A stretch of 64,000 nt of DNA from Podarcis tiliguerta. Lineage: Eukaryota. The stretch lies in the NCBI GenBank assembly GCA_965153285.1, contig OZ229115.1. One strand, given 5' to 3'. A program made the position numbers and the translations under genes. Positions 1 through 11,891 of this stretch are shown in pieces. The notes under the pieces are model-generated. The model had not been told where the DNA came from, did no database searches, and saw only the letters and a list, made by a program, of their open reading frames with translations. Within the stretch, counting starts at the first letter, position 1; every line of letters starts with the position of its first letter.

Positions 1-985
1 AAAGTTTGCACTAAACTACTCATAGTAAAATAAAAGACAATTTGTAAACTATTGTAGAGAGAGCTTCGAATTTGAGAAATCTGACAAAAGGCCTTGAGAA
101 GTCTACCTTACCCAGATACAGGTTTTCTTTCAAGCTAAGCCTCCCAGATAGGAATTGTCATTTCTGTCTCCTATACAGCATGCAGCTGGTGTTGAGGCCA
201 ACTATAATCAATATGTACCTGAAAAGGTGGATTTTATTTGCTTCTGCAGCACAGCATGTGCATCAAGCAGCTCAATTAAGTATTTTGGTTTGTTGTTTTG
301 AGTTGTCAGTTTCAAAATTAGAATTTAAAATTAGACTAATTGTCATTCTGTCTTGCTAGCCCATTGCTCCTTATATGCAATGATTAAGTTCCATCATGGC
401 TATGAAAACTACCAATTACAATTGAATTGGTTTCTGCTAAGAAAAGTTATCACTTTTCAGTCCCACCGTTCTGTTGTCAAGATGCGTTGAGTACATTTAT
501 TGTCTCAGCTACTTGAGGATGTGAATATTAGTGCAGCTAACAGACAATCTGTTGTTTACTCCGCAAGTGTGACAGAGGTATAACAGTAAAAGTAGCTTCA
601 GTTGCTCTTGCTGTAGCAAAACTATATTAAAAGTAATTTGAATGTGCACAGCCAGGCTAACAGGATTTCTACAACCATGATGTTAATAATTGAAACTCCA
701 CCTTTTTATTGTAGTCATGGTGGACTGACAAGAGAACTGCCTGAATCTTTGGTTTTAAAAGTTTGAAAAAGCTGTACTTTTGTAATTCGTTTTGATAACT
801 TTGTGTACCTTATGGCCAGGAAAAATGAAAATTTGATGGTGAAAGAAAACAATGACTGCTATCTAAGAATCAAGCCAAATTATATTCCACTTGTATAATT
901 GATGAATCTCAGGAAAGTCCCTGATCTCAAGTAGGATATTTATTTGTAAATCCCAAAAGTGCCAACTGTTCCTTGCCTGTTGAAT

Positions 986-1163
986 GTTGTTGTTGTTTAG
1001 TCGTTTAGTCGTGTCCGACTCTTTCTGACCCCATGGAAACGAGCACGCCAGGCACTTCTGTCTTCCACTGCCTTCCGCAGTTTGGTCAGACTCATGTTTG
1101 TAGCTTCGAAGACACTATCCAACCATCTCGTCCTCTGTCGTCCCCTTCTCCTTGTGCCCTCCA
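986..1163 (-). mobile_element. 5'-truncated BovB (RTE clade) LINE 3' end
   Basis: Minus strand encodes EGTRRRGRQRTRWLDSV...AVEDRSAWRA..HGV.KSRTRL (RTE ORF end) then a (CAA)n tail; 12-bp TSD tgcctgttgaat at 974-985 and 1164-1175. Confidence 0.92.
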
Positions 1164-1207
1164 TGCCTGTTGAATACATGACCTCAATTTTGTGTTCTCG
1201 TTTGCAG

Positions 1208-1317
1208 CTCGCACCGAGCGATATCAGCATTTAGATTCTGAGGAAGAGGATGACACAAATGATGATGATCATGTGGAACTTAGGCAGTTTTCCTCATGTT
1301 CACCAAGGTTTAGCAAG
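1208..1317 (+). CDS. MAST2: MAST2 internal exon (AGC-kinase C-terminal tail region)
   Basis: tttgcag|ct..aag|gtatat; translates [36 protein letters not shown], matching the MAST-family [10 protein letters not shown] motif; 110 nt, phase 1 to 0. Confidence 0.95.
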
Positions 1318-1427
1318 GTATATATTTTTAATAAATAGATGGGATTTGAACTCTGTTGTGGTCAAAACAGTATGAACAGCTGTATGATATCTCTAACTTA
1401 CATGGAAGCTAGGCTGTTTAGGAGGTA

Positions 1428-1926
1428 CAGTGGTACCTTGGTTCTCAAACTTAATCCGTTCCAGAAGTCCGTTCCAAAACCAAAGCGTTTCTAAACCATG
1501 GTGCACTTTCCCATATAAAGTAATGCAAAATGGATTAATCTGTTCCAGTCTTTTAAAAACAACCCCTAAAAAAGCAATTTAACATGAATTTTACTATCTA
1601 ATGAAACCATTGATCCATAAAATGAAAGCAATAAACAATGTACTGCAGTCACACAATCAATCAATCAATCAATCAATCAGTAGCTGAAGTGGGTTCCACA
1701 CAGTCACAAAAACAAAAACAAAAGAGCCGTGAAAACAAAAATGCAAAATAAATAGCAAAAACAGACAGAACTCAGAGTAACACTCAAAACGGAATCGTGG
1801 CGCTAAAAACGGAGCACATTCAGCTTCTGAAAAAAGTTCGCAAACTGGAACACTTACTTCCGGGTTTGCAGTTTTAGCTTCCAAGTTGTTTGAATACCAA
1901 GGTGTTTGAGAACCAAGGTACCACTG
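1428..1926. mobile_element. Non-autonomous Tc1/mariner (Tigger/pogo-like) MITE
   Basis: Perfect 23-bp TIRs cagtggtaccttggttctcaaac / gtttgagaaccaaggtaccactg; TA TSD at 1426-1427 and 1927-1928; internal (TCAA)n. Confidence 0.92.
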
Positions 1927-3054
1927 TAATTACTTACCTGTACAAGAGCTGCCCATTTGTAAATGGACTCTGGGCCCAACAGAGTTCTGTGCTGTGATTG
2001 ATGGGATTGAATTAACCACAGAGCAACATATGTGCTCTGTCAACTTTTGTGGGGGTAGGAACTTGTTAGAGATGACACACATAAGCAGGCCTGTTTTGGG
2101 AATTATTTCAGTAGAAGAATATAAAAGACATTAGGAGAAAATTGAAAATTCGTAGCAGGATTTTCAGAAAAGATCCTAGAACATGATGGTTGCTCAGTAA
2201 TTAGCAATACTAATAGGCATGAGCAGAATGCCTTATGTCCTGCTCAGGCCTTATGTCCTGCTCAATGAGCTCTCTAGAAAAATCCAAATGGATTTTGAAA
2301 TTTGACTTCTGAACCAGAATACTCAGTGATGAGGCACAAAATGAGGTACAGATGCAGTATTTGGGGGGACACGGTGCAAAACTGAGCTGATGTAGCCCTG
2401 CCTGTGTCTTGAGCTCTGAAAAATAATACAGCATTCATCATGTGGGTGGCATGAAAGGCTCATTATAGTTTGAAAATGTTGTCTGACAATTCATCCAGAT
2501 AATTTATTAATAGCTATCCTGTTGATGTTGTGAATTTTTAATAATGTTGTTTTCATCAGTCTCATATGCAAATCAGGTTCTCAGTTGAGTTCAGTCTTAT
2601 AAACACAGATTTCTCTCTCTCTCTCCTGTTAACTGTTCAATGATTTAAAATGTCATTGTAAAGCAGTTGTTGAGGCATGATTGACTAAGCAAATTAGTCA
2701 GTAGGGTGTAGGATTTCTTTTTTTAAAAAATCTCTCTTGGTTAAGCTTGTACTACAGAATTTCTAGAAATAGATTATCTCTGGGGTTGGAAATCTTAACA
2801 CCCTCACCATTAATTAAACTGGTGAAGCTTTGTTTTCCAAAACCTCTGTTGCAAGCATAGAACTTAAATCACTTTACAGAAATAATAGCAATTTGTGGGC
2901 ACCTACATCTTTTTGTTGGCTTCAGCAGATAATTAAAGGACATTGCCAATTCCATCTTTTCAGTTTAAAAATTGGAATTCTGAAATATCCTGCGATTTAA
3001 AGAGTCTATCGGTGACCGTTGTCATTCTGATATACAATTTGATTGTACCTATAG

Positions 3055-3206
3055 GTGTACAGCAGTATGGAACGTCTTTCCATCCATGAAGAGAGGAAAA
3101 CGCCGCCGCCTACCAAGCGTAGCCTGAGTGAGGAAAAAGATGACAGACTAGAAAGCCTTGGCCTGAAGTGTCGAGACCGCAGCTGGGTGATTGGGTCTCC
3201 TGAAAT
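3055..3206 (+). CDS. MAST2: MAST2 internal exon
   Basis: ctatag|gtg..at|gtgagc; VYSSMERLSIHEERKTPPPTKRSLSEEK...RDRSWVIGSPE, close to recalled human MAST2; 152 nt, phase 0 to 2. Confidence 0.95.
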
Positions 3207-4601
3207 GTGAGCGTAACAAATGCTAGGTGTCCTTTACTTTTTCTCCCTGACTCTGCATTAAAATAATGTTTGTGGGGGCAAAGAAGCAGTGTATGAACAG
3301 ATAAACTTTATAATATGCTAATATTCCATGAAGCATTGCCAGACTTTTATCACAACAAATATAATTCATTGAGTTTTACTATTAAGCAAAAAAGTATTTT
3401 GTGAGGGGTCTTAATCAACACAGTGCTCCCCAGATGTTGTGAGCCACAGCTCGTCTTTTCTCTGACAATTGACTGTGGTGGCTCAGGCTAATGGAAATTG
3501 TACTCCATAGCATCTGAATGACAGACATCATGTTGGCTACCTTTTGTCTGAAAGGGATGCTCACTTGAACATCCAAATAAATACCAGTGTAGAGGTTTTT
3601 ACAGTCATGTATTTAAAGAAACGTATTGGTACTTCTGATTATGCTGAATATCAATGTTCCCTTCTAATACACGTCTAAATATTGGACTTGGTAGCTTAAT
3701 ATTTCAAGCTGCAATTCTGTATATTCTGCTTAAATCTCAGTGATAGTGGAAAGCAATATGCAGTTTCAGTAAAGATTGTTTTTAAACTGTTCTCCAAAAA
3801 ATGGTTCTATCAAAATAAAATGCCTTCACTCAACTACCAAAATGCTTAATTTGGCTGAAAGGAATGGTTTCTTAAAAAGTAAGAGTGGGGAGGAAATCAT
3901 ATATACAGCTATTGTGGCCATTAATCATGCCTTCCCCTTTTTTGATACTAAATGGAAAACCAGTAGTTTATGACTTGTACTCAATGCAAATAATTGCTTC
4001 ACTTGGATCTTTCATTGGTAGTACTGTGTAGCATAGTGTCAAAGAGTATGAGGAATTAGCTGGTATGTTCCTGCTTCAAAATGTGACTTTTAGGCAAGTG
4101 AAACCATCTCCTAGCTTTACCGAGATAATGGAATACAATGGAGTACAACCCTCAAATCGTGCTATATCAATTCTGCTGCGATTGGTGTACAAAATTTCAG
4201 TATAAAAGGTTTTAGATTTCTGAAAGCTTTATTTCTAAATATAAAATCCACTTATACTTTGGCTCTGGTATTGATAGGGAGCGTGGGCTGTATGAGATTA
4301 AAAGTTTTGATAAATTGCTCAACATATTTGTGAAATTTGTGGCTTCAATAGTGGCTTTTCAGTCTTTTCAAATCATCTAATTTCAGTTCTGTCTTGACTG
4401 AAATACCATCACTTTGATTAACAAATCATAGCACCAAATTATCTTGCCTTTTTTATAAGCATGTCAAAGTTTGCTCCAACTAGATCATTCTTGACTTTTG
4501 CTTTATTATGCTTGTATATCATTAACAGTGGCTGCATCTTGAAATCACCAACTTCCTGAAAAATAAATTATCTGGGGTTTGTTCTGTTCTTTTCCCTACA
4601 G

Positions 4602-4888
4602 ACTGCGGAAACATCTCTCAGTGTCTGAATCCTCTCACACAGAGAGTGACTCCAGTCCACCTCTGACTGTCCGCCGACGATGCTCTGGGCTTCTAGACAT
4701 GCCCCGCTTTGCCATTTCAGCTGAGGAAGAAGGTAAAAAGAAACAGCTGGATGGGACACAGCCACGGGAAAGCCACCCTCTTCCAATTCCAGAACAACCT
4801 GTGGAGCGAGAACTACAACTGGATGATGAGGATGGGTTAAAAACACCCTCTTCAACTGTCAGTAATATGAGCAGCTCAACACTGACAG
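4602..4888 (+). CDS. MAST2: MAST2 internal exon
   Basis: ccctacag|a..acag|gtatgt; LRKHLSVSESSHTESDSSPPLTVRRRCSGLLDMPRF...; 287 nt, phase 2 to 1. Confidence 0.95.
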
Positions 4889-5873
4889 GTATGTGCCTTT
4901 CAAGATGGAAGCATTGTCTCCGCTAGGTGCACTAAGCTTATTGTTATCTGGGCAGGTCATTCTAAACATCTCCTTACACAATATGGGGTAGAAAAATTTT
5001 GCCTCCCTGGATGCTTCTGTTCTGTTAGGCATCTATGCATAGGCGTCATATTGAACAGGGAGTATGTGCATAAATGTCACATAGATCTGAACAGTGTGGG
5101 TGATACCACACACACAGTCTGGGGATCAACAATGCAATTTGGCACTACATGCACTGGTTTTTACATTCATAAACCATATTCAGATGTTAACCCACACATA
5201 GATGTCCAGTGATCTCTCTGAGGTGATATAGATAGACCTGGGTGGCAGGGAGTTGCAGTCTTGCTCACCTGTCGCAGGTAAGGAGATTGTTTCTCAAGAA
5301 GCTTGTTACTCAAGTTTGCACAGTTCCACAGGGCCAACAGCTGGCTTCACTTCAGAACCGTAAAAAAACTGGACTGCTTTTTTGTCGGCTCCATGTTAAA
5401 ATATTAAAAGCTATCTCATAATGCCTTCTATAATACAGAGCATCTTGTTTAGAAGTAGCAAACAAACAGGTTGTGGTCTTTGTTCCCAACTTTTGTTGAT
5501 AGACTAACTGGTCTTCTTTTTTCATCATGTTGTTTGGATCTTTAATACCACCCCTCCCCCCCAAAAATCTCAAAAAATATGCTACTTCCAACACAGTAGC
5601 AGAGTTAGCTTTATTCAGGGTGTTTGGGGTGAAGTTTCTTTGGCTTAATTATGTGTTTTTGTAGCAGAAGGAAAACATGGTAATTTTGTTGAGATTATAA
5701 CACCCCTAGTTAAATGCATCTATAAATAAGGCTTCAGGGCTTGGGTTTGCTTCTGAGGAAAGTTCACTGTCGGGCTGTGTGTAAACATGACTTTGATTTC
5801 ATATACGTGCCTGCAGGGGAACAGACTGTTAGAAATTCCCTATGGTTCTAATCTATTTTAATTGATACTGTAG

Positions 5874-6089
5874 CTGGAAGCACTACAGACTTCTCTGATC
5901 AGTGCACTCGCAGTAATAGCAACGAGGGCCCAGAGTTTACTACTCCTAAAGCCACAAGTGACTTGGCAGTGCGGCGAGCCCGACATAGGCTACTCTCTGG
6001 GGAGTCTGGGGAAAAACGGACCACACGTCCTGTTAATAAAGTGATTAAGTCAGCATCGGCCACAGCCCTCTCTCTCCTAATTCCTTCAG
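5874..6089 (+). CDS. MAST2: MAST2 internal exon
   Basis: ctgtag|ct..tcag|gtaaga; ...SDLAVRRARHRLLSGESGEKRTTRPVNKVIKSASATALSLLIPS; 216 nt, phase 1 to 1. Confidence 0.93.
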
Positions 6090-7607
6090 GTAAGATACGG
6101 AAAGAGTATTCTTTGGGTGACTTGCTTAAAACCAGAGGACTTTTAAGCACTTGAAGTAATACCTTTATATATTTCAAGTTGGGCCAAGATTCATTTAAAG
6201 TCATGTTGTTCTGGCGGTGAAGATGTAATGGTTTGCCATTTATAACTCAATTATATATCAAGGACAGCAATTTATTTGTCAGCTTTTTAACTACATCTAC
6301 CATAAGCTAGTTTATTATAGTTTCTTAAAATGCAGCTTCTTTTGTTTGTAGATGTTTATGGAGCAGCATGTTAAAATTGCAAGCATGAGAAAAATGTAGG
6401 TGTCTTGTAGCTGTGCAGGCATCTACCGACATTACTGCATTTCAAGAATTTCATGAACAGCTGAGATGGTGCAAAAAAAATGCTGCAATGGATCAAGTTA
6501 CTAAGTTCATTTGAACCATAGAAATAGAAATCTAACCTCAATGTGGCTGCAATATGGCCCTAGGCAGCTATTTGCATATAACCCTCTTCTGACGGCTCAT
6601 TCTTAAGGAGCTGTGCACTGCTCCCGGCATGTCATTAGCTCTAACATTCATTGAAAGAACAAGCTGTGGGTGAATTCACTACTTAAGTCAACAGAATGAG
6701 TTTCAAATGGGTAAAATTCACTGTGCGGGGTTGCCCTTTTTCTCATTGCCTGCCATAGACAGTATTGGTTCATTTCTGTGGTCAAGTTCAGCATTTTATG
6801 TCCAGAAGTGAGTCAGTGTGGGCCAATATTTCCCATTTACTTAAACATGACCATCTGCTGTTTGCTCCCATTGTCTGGTATACTAGACAGTGTGGTTATA
6901 CAGTGAATAGGGAACATGGCAATTCAGTTCACAGCCAGTGGCTGTGGATGAATATCCTTTATGAAGTTGCTTAATCCCAAATCGTCCTATGGTATTAAAT
7001 GCCTTATTTATGCGCAGTGTGCAAAAGTGCTTCTTTTTAATGTCCTGACTCTTGATTCAAGTGGCCATCAGTTTCATTTCATGTTCCTAGGGTCTGTTTG
7101 TTTATATGAAACATTTCTCTATACCATTAATATTTTTCTAAACTTCTGTCATGCTTTCTGTAATTTTTCCAAACTAAACAGCCAAAACACTTCAGGCTTT
7201 CTTCATGAGGAAGGTGCTCCAACCTCTTGATCATGTTAAGCCTGTCAAATCACTCCTTTTGAGACAGGTGATTTTATAGAAGAAAAAAACCCCATAGCTT
7301 CAGATCTGAAATCAGAATATTTTTTAGGACATGCTTACGGGTCAGTTACAGAATAAGAGTATAACTTGGCTAGGTTAGTGGTGACAAGTAATGCACAATC
7401 CTGATACTCCGTTTCTCTGATGTTGATTTGTTAAAACATATTTTCAGTGGAATCAAGTGTCACTAGGCTTTTTCAAATGCAAGTGCTATAATTCTACAAG
7501 TGTTACAAATCAAGATATTTTGTTCTGCTTTCATAATTTAATGCACATTGTATTTTCTTATGAAAACCAGGCTTTCTAATTTGCAGTCCTTCTTTATTTT
7601 CATGTAG

Positions 7608-7834
7608 AGCACCATACGTGTTCTCCATTGGCTAGTCCAATGTCACCTCATTCTCTCTCCTCCAATCCATCTTCAAGAGACTCATCTCCAAGTCGGGACT
7701 TTTCTCCTGCTGTCATGAATCCCAAACCACCAATCATCATCCACCGAGCTGGGAAGAAATACGGCTTCACACTTCGTGCTATTAGAGTCTACATGGGGAA
7801 CAGTGATGTCTACACAGTGCAACACATGGTCTGG
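7608..7834 (+). CDS. MAST2: MAST2 exon, start of PDZ domain
   Basis: catgtag|ag..tgg|gtacgt; [15 protein letters not shown]...[36 protein letters not shown] (KYGF carboxylate-binding loop); 227 nt, phase 1 to 0. Confidence 0.96.
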
Positions 7835-8724
7835 GTACGTTCGTCTCAGTTATGATATGACACGCTTATAGCCTAATTTGGAAAGAACCTTTAATTAACT
7901 GGGCCCAATAAAACCCCTTGTTTTTCCTTGGCTCTTCCCAGAATCAACCTAGAAATGGTGTCTCTCTTCTACAGAAATATATTGGGTAGGGGGTGGGAAG
8001 CTCTCTATCAGAGTTGTAACCCCTGGGTTAATTACATTTAATTCCTTCTGAGCTGTGTTGACAATGATGGTCTGCTTCGGATCATCTCCTTCCCTTAGGA
8101 TTTTTCACACATCTGCCTGGAGTTGATTACATGTCTTAAAGCATCACTGTCTTCCCACTGAATTGACTAGGGATTTGGAATTCAGTTCAGCTGTGAATTA
8201 TACAAGGGGCTTGCTGTGTGTGCTTGCTGTTTCTCCTTCACCCGTATTCTCAGACAGCCTGTCTTGTATACGTGTTCTCTTTTTGAAGTTTATATGCGAT
8301 TGTTTGCCAGAGCCATTCCCCACAAAGAATGTTTCTCAGTTTTAATTGCATGATGCTCACAGGTTAAAAAGAAAAAAAGAAATGGGAGGGGAAAGAGTGC
8401 CCCAATTTCCCTATAGACATCACTTAAGGTTTCCTCATCAAAATGGTGATTATTGTTTGAATCTAATTATCAGTGATACAATAATAATATGGAATAGAAT
8501 AATTGCTTTTGTAAATTTGCTTCTGATCCTTATTCTGCTTGACCTTGACAAGGACTGCATTATGTAGAAGACTTAGCTGTCATAAGGCACAGGATCACAT
8601 GCCACAAATTGAACACGTCATCATTTGGGTTGTTTTCATGCTTGCAATTGATTGTTTACCCATCTTGACTCATACATATTCATAACTATTTGTATTGGGA
8701 GAGAAATTATTATTAATAACTTAG

Positions 8725-8905
8725 AGATGAGTAGCAGAACCACACCACATGCCATGCAGCTATAAGGCTCCAGGTGCAGTCCCTGACACCTCCAGTTAGG
8801 TAGATAAGCTGAGAAAGACCTCTGCCTGAGACCCCAGAGAACGTACGCTAGATAGACGAGTGGGCTAGATGAGGCAGTGGTCTGACTTGGTATGAGGCAG
8901 TTCAT
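8725..8905 (+). mobile_element. Degraded tRNA-derived SINE (Squam3-like)
   Basis: 3' part gctagatgaggcagtggtctgacttggtatgaggcag resembles the other copies in this window; ends approximate. Confidence 0.6.
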
Positions 8906-9070
8906 TTATATCTTCACAGAGGTCCAAATGAAAAACTTGGTAGTGAGCATAGCATCGCCTTCTAGCATATAGTGCATGGAAATTCTGAGACTGGTTTGTA
9001 TGTAGAGTTGAGGGCAAATAACATGAACAGATGATTTGTTGAAATTGATGTATTGTCTCTATATTGTCAG

Positions 9071-9193
9071 CATGTAGAAGAAGGTGGGCCTGCAAGTGAG
9101 GCTGGTCTGAAAGAAGGGGACTTGATAACCCATGTGAATGGAGAGCCTGTACATGGACTGGTTCATACTGAAGTGGTGGAGTTGGTCTTGAAG
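9071..9193 (+). CDS. MAST2: MAST2 exon, PDZ domain core
   Basis: ttgtcag|cat..aag|gtaaag; [41 protein letters not shown]; 123 nt, phase 0 to 0. Confidence 0.97.
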
Positions 9194-10110
9194 GTAAAGA
9201 TGGAGTATACACACGTGCTGTGCGACAAGTGCAATGTGCATAAACATAAATACTTAATAAAAAAGGGATGCTTCCCCCAATGAGGTTCTCCTGGAGTACC
9301 CCTTTGTGTCATTTTGGTGTCTGACAGATACCCTTTATTTCCCCAGACTTTCGTTTGCTTTATCTTGCTGATGATTTTAGTCTATGTTGCTTTTATATGT
9401 TGCTCTTAGTATGCTGTTCACTAGTTTTAATTATTTTATTTGTATTTTAATTACTATGTTGTACACTGTCCTGAAGATTGGTTCTGAGAGGCAGGGTAAA
9501 AGTTTCAAGGAGTCTTGCGTTGTTAAGGCTTCTGCAATACAGAGCCTAGCATATTGTACTAGAAAAATAGATGCAGATAAACCAAAACCATTAATAGCAG
9601 CATTGCTAAAACATGAATCCTTTTTCACCATAAGGAACATGCTATTTGAATTATTCTTCAAATTTTTAAGCTTCAAAACACTATTTTCTCTTATTGTTCT
9701 CATCATAGATTGAAAACAATATTTTTTTAAGCATTTTGCTCCGATTTGTGTTAAGGCTTTTCCACATGGTAAATGTGAAATGATTTCTTTGATTTGGAAG
9801 GTCCAAATGCTTCTCTTCAGGGTAGTGCTTCTGATTCATTTTCCTAACACTCAGACAGCAATATATTGTTGCAGGCGAAAAGTTTTATCTAGCTAGCATA
9901 GCAGGTGCACTTTGGAGTGCTTTCTGGAATACAATTTCACAAGTAGATTAGTGCCTGTGACACCACAGAAGTTGCAAGCCTTCATATGCTATGGAGCAGC
10001 AGTGGAGTTCAGTTGACAAAGAAGGAACTTGCATGAGAAATGCAAGGAGCAAATGCACTTTGAACCTGTTGCCTGAATGGGGAGTAATTTGAATAAATAT
10101 TTATTTAGAG

Positions 10111-10241
10111 CAGGGATGGGGAACTGTGACCCTCCTGTTGTTGTAGGACTCTTAACCTCCCAGCCACCATGGTCAGTAGTGAAAGATGATAGGCATTGAA
10201 GTCCAACAACATATGGTCCAACAACAGGTAATCCATCCATT
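10111..10241. mobile_element. Decayed hAT-type MITE
   Basis: Starts cagggatgggg; internal similarity to the 24858 MITE; degenerate 8-bp TSD atttagag/ctttagaa. Confidence 0.6.
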
Positions 10242-10679
10242 CTTTAGAAGAGGAAGGAATACCAAAGATAAAACCAAGTAGAAGTGCTGGAGTTGGAAAA
10301 TGCTGCTTGAAATAATTTGTAGCATGAAGTTGCTGGACATGTTGTAATTTATTTGATTGTCTTCTGGTTACCTTAACAAATTTATGTTGAATAATGGGAA
10401 TCACAGTGTTGAAGCTATTTGTGGCTGTCCTTCAACTAGAAAAAATGTTGCTTAATTAGTTGAAAAACCTGTGTCTCAAAAAGACCTTCTAGCAGCATTT
10501 TCTAAAGACAAAATGAATAAATACATATTGGAGAAGAAACTGAATTACAGAAGCTAATTTAAGCCACACAGTGGTAGACTGGCATTTCCCCCAGCATTAA
10601 CATCCAGCCCAACCAAAATACTCATGAGAGATAAAGAGATAAGTAAAATGTGTGTGTGTGTGTGTTTTCTTGCTGGCAG

Positions 10680-10816
10680 AGTGGAAATAAAGTGTCCATA
10701 TCTACTACACCTTTTGAGAACACATCAATTAAAGTGGGGCCAGCTCGGAAGGCCAGCTATAAATCAAAGATGGCAAGGAGGAACAAGAAAAGCAAAACAA
10801 AAGATGGACAGGAAAG
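10680..10816 (+). CDS. MAST2: MAST2 exon, end of PDZ domain plus basic segment
   Basis: ctggcag|agt..ag|gtaagt; [45 protein letters not shown]; 137 nt, phase 0 to 2; frame absent from the ORF track. Confidence 0.95.
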
Positions 10817-11253
10817 GTAAGTGATGCTTTCTCTTAGGAAATGAAATTATGCTCTGATAGCAATTGCCAAGGAAAATTGCAGAAATATCTTCTGCCAGTG
10901 AATGTTTTATATCACAAGAATTACACAGTGAGAACGATTTTAGTAAGCTATGGGTTGCACCCAGAGTTCCGTAAGTGAAGTTCCTGCTTATGAACAGGGT
11001 GGTCTCAGAATTGCCTCCATCTGCACCTTTTAAAAATCTACTCTGGATGCCTGTAGGGTCCTCTGCATGGGAATAGCACAGGGTAGGGTTGCCGGGAGAA
11101 AGGGAAACCGGCAAAATTTGCCGCCCCCCCCCCCCACCTTGTCTACAGAAGTCTCTGCTGGATCCAAGTTTTTGCTGGGAAAAGATGCATATCAAAGATG
11201 CTGATCCTATTTGTTTTTACAAATAATGATAGTATTCACTTTCACTTTCTCAG

Positions 11254-11441
11254 TAAGAAGAAGAGCTCTCTGTTCAGGAAGATTACCAAGCAGGCTTCTC
11301 TGCTTCACACCAGCAGGAGTTTGTCTTCTCTCAACCGTTCTCTGTCATCTGGAGAGAGTGTTCCTGGTTCACCTACTCACAACCTCTCCCCTCGTTCACC
11401 AACACAGAGTTACCGATCTACTCCTGAGTCTGCACATTCAG
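11254..11441 (+). CDS. MAST2: MAST2 penultimate exon
   Basis: ttctcag|t..tcag|gtaaaa; [42 protein letters not shown]...; 188 nt, phase 2 to 1. Confidence 0.96.
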
Positions 11442-11891
11442 GTAAAATGGGAAGCAGGGAGTAGAGAGTGGCAGACCTTAAGCAAATATTTCGAACTTGG
11501 TAGTAAAAATGTAGCATTTTCTCAGCCTGAAGGGCACAAGGAGACACGTCTTACAAACTATCAGGGTTGCCAAAGTGACGCATGAACCTCTTGGAAGAGG
11601 TAAAAGGGTTTGATTGCTGTAACTTGAATTCTCTCACTGTGTTGTGGCCAAGCACCAAAAATTGTAATGTGGTGTAGAAAATAGTGGGGGAAAGCAGCAC
11701 AACTGAGACAGGGTGTAGCTGACTGATATTTTCTGTTGCAGTGGACCACAACTGCCTAAATTCAACCCCACCTTTGCCAGGTTGCGGTAGCCAACTTATT
11801 TCAAATGTGATGCACGTATTATAGCAGTTCCTAATGTTTCTCAATGTATTGCCATGCTTTTTATTAATACCCTACTTTTTTATGTTCACAG

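Noticed and set aside
2230-2264. Direct duplication gccttatgtcctgctca x2 (and a ~30-bp duplication near 18755-18815)
   Set aside because: Ordinary local slippage duplications; two units only, no spacers, not CRISPR-like
7576-7607. In-frame alternative acceptor 21 nt upstream of exon 7608 (would add about 7 aa)
   Set aside because: That AG lies only ~6 nt after the ctaat branch-point consensus, too close for normal use; the downstream AG restores the recalled human junction
11834-11891. N-terminus of the 719-aa ORF ([19 protein letters not shown]) as a signal peptide or standalone gene
   Set aside because: It is the intronic polypyrimidine tract before the acceptor at 11890-11891; the rest is the MAST2 last exon
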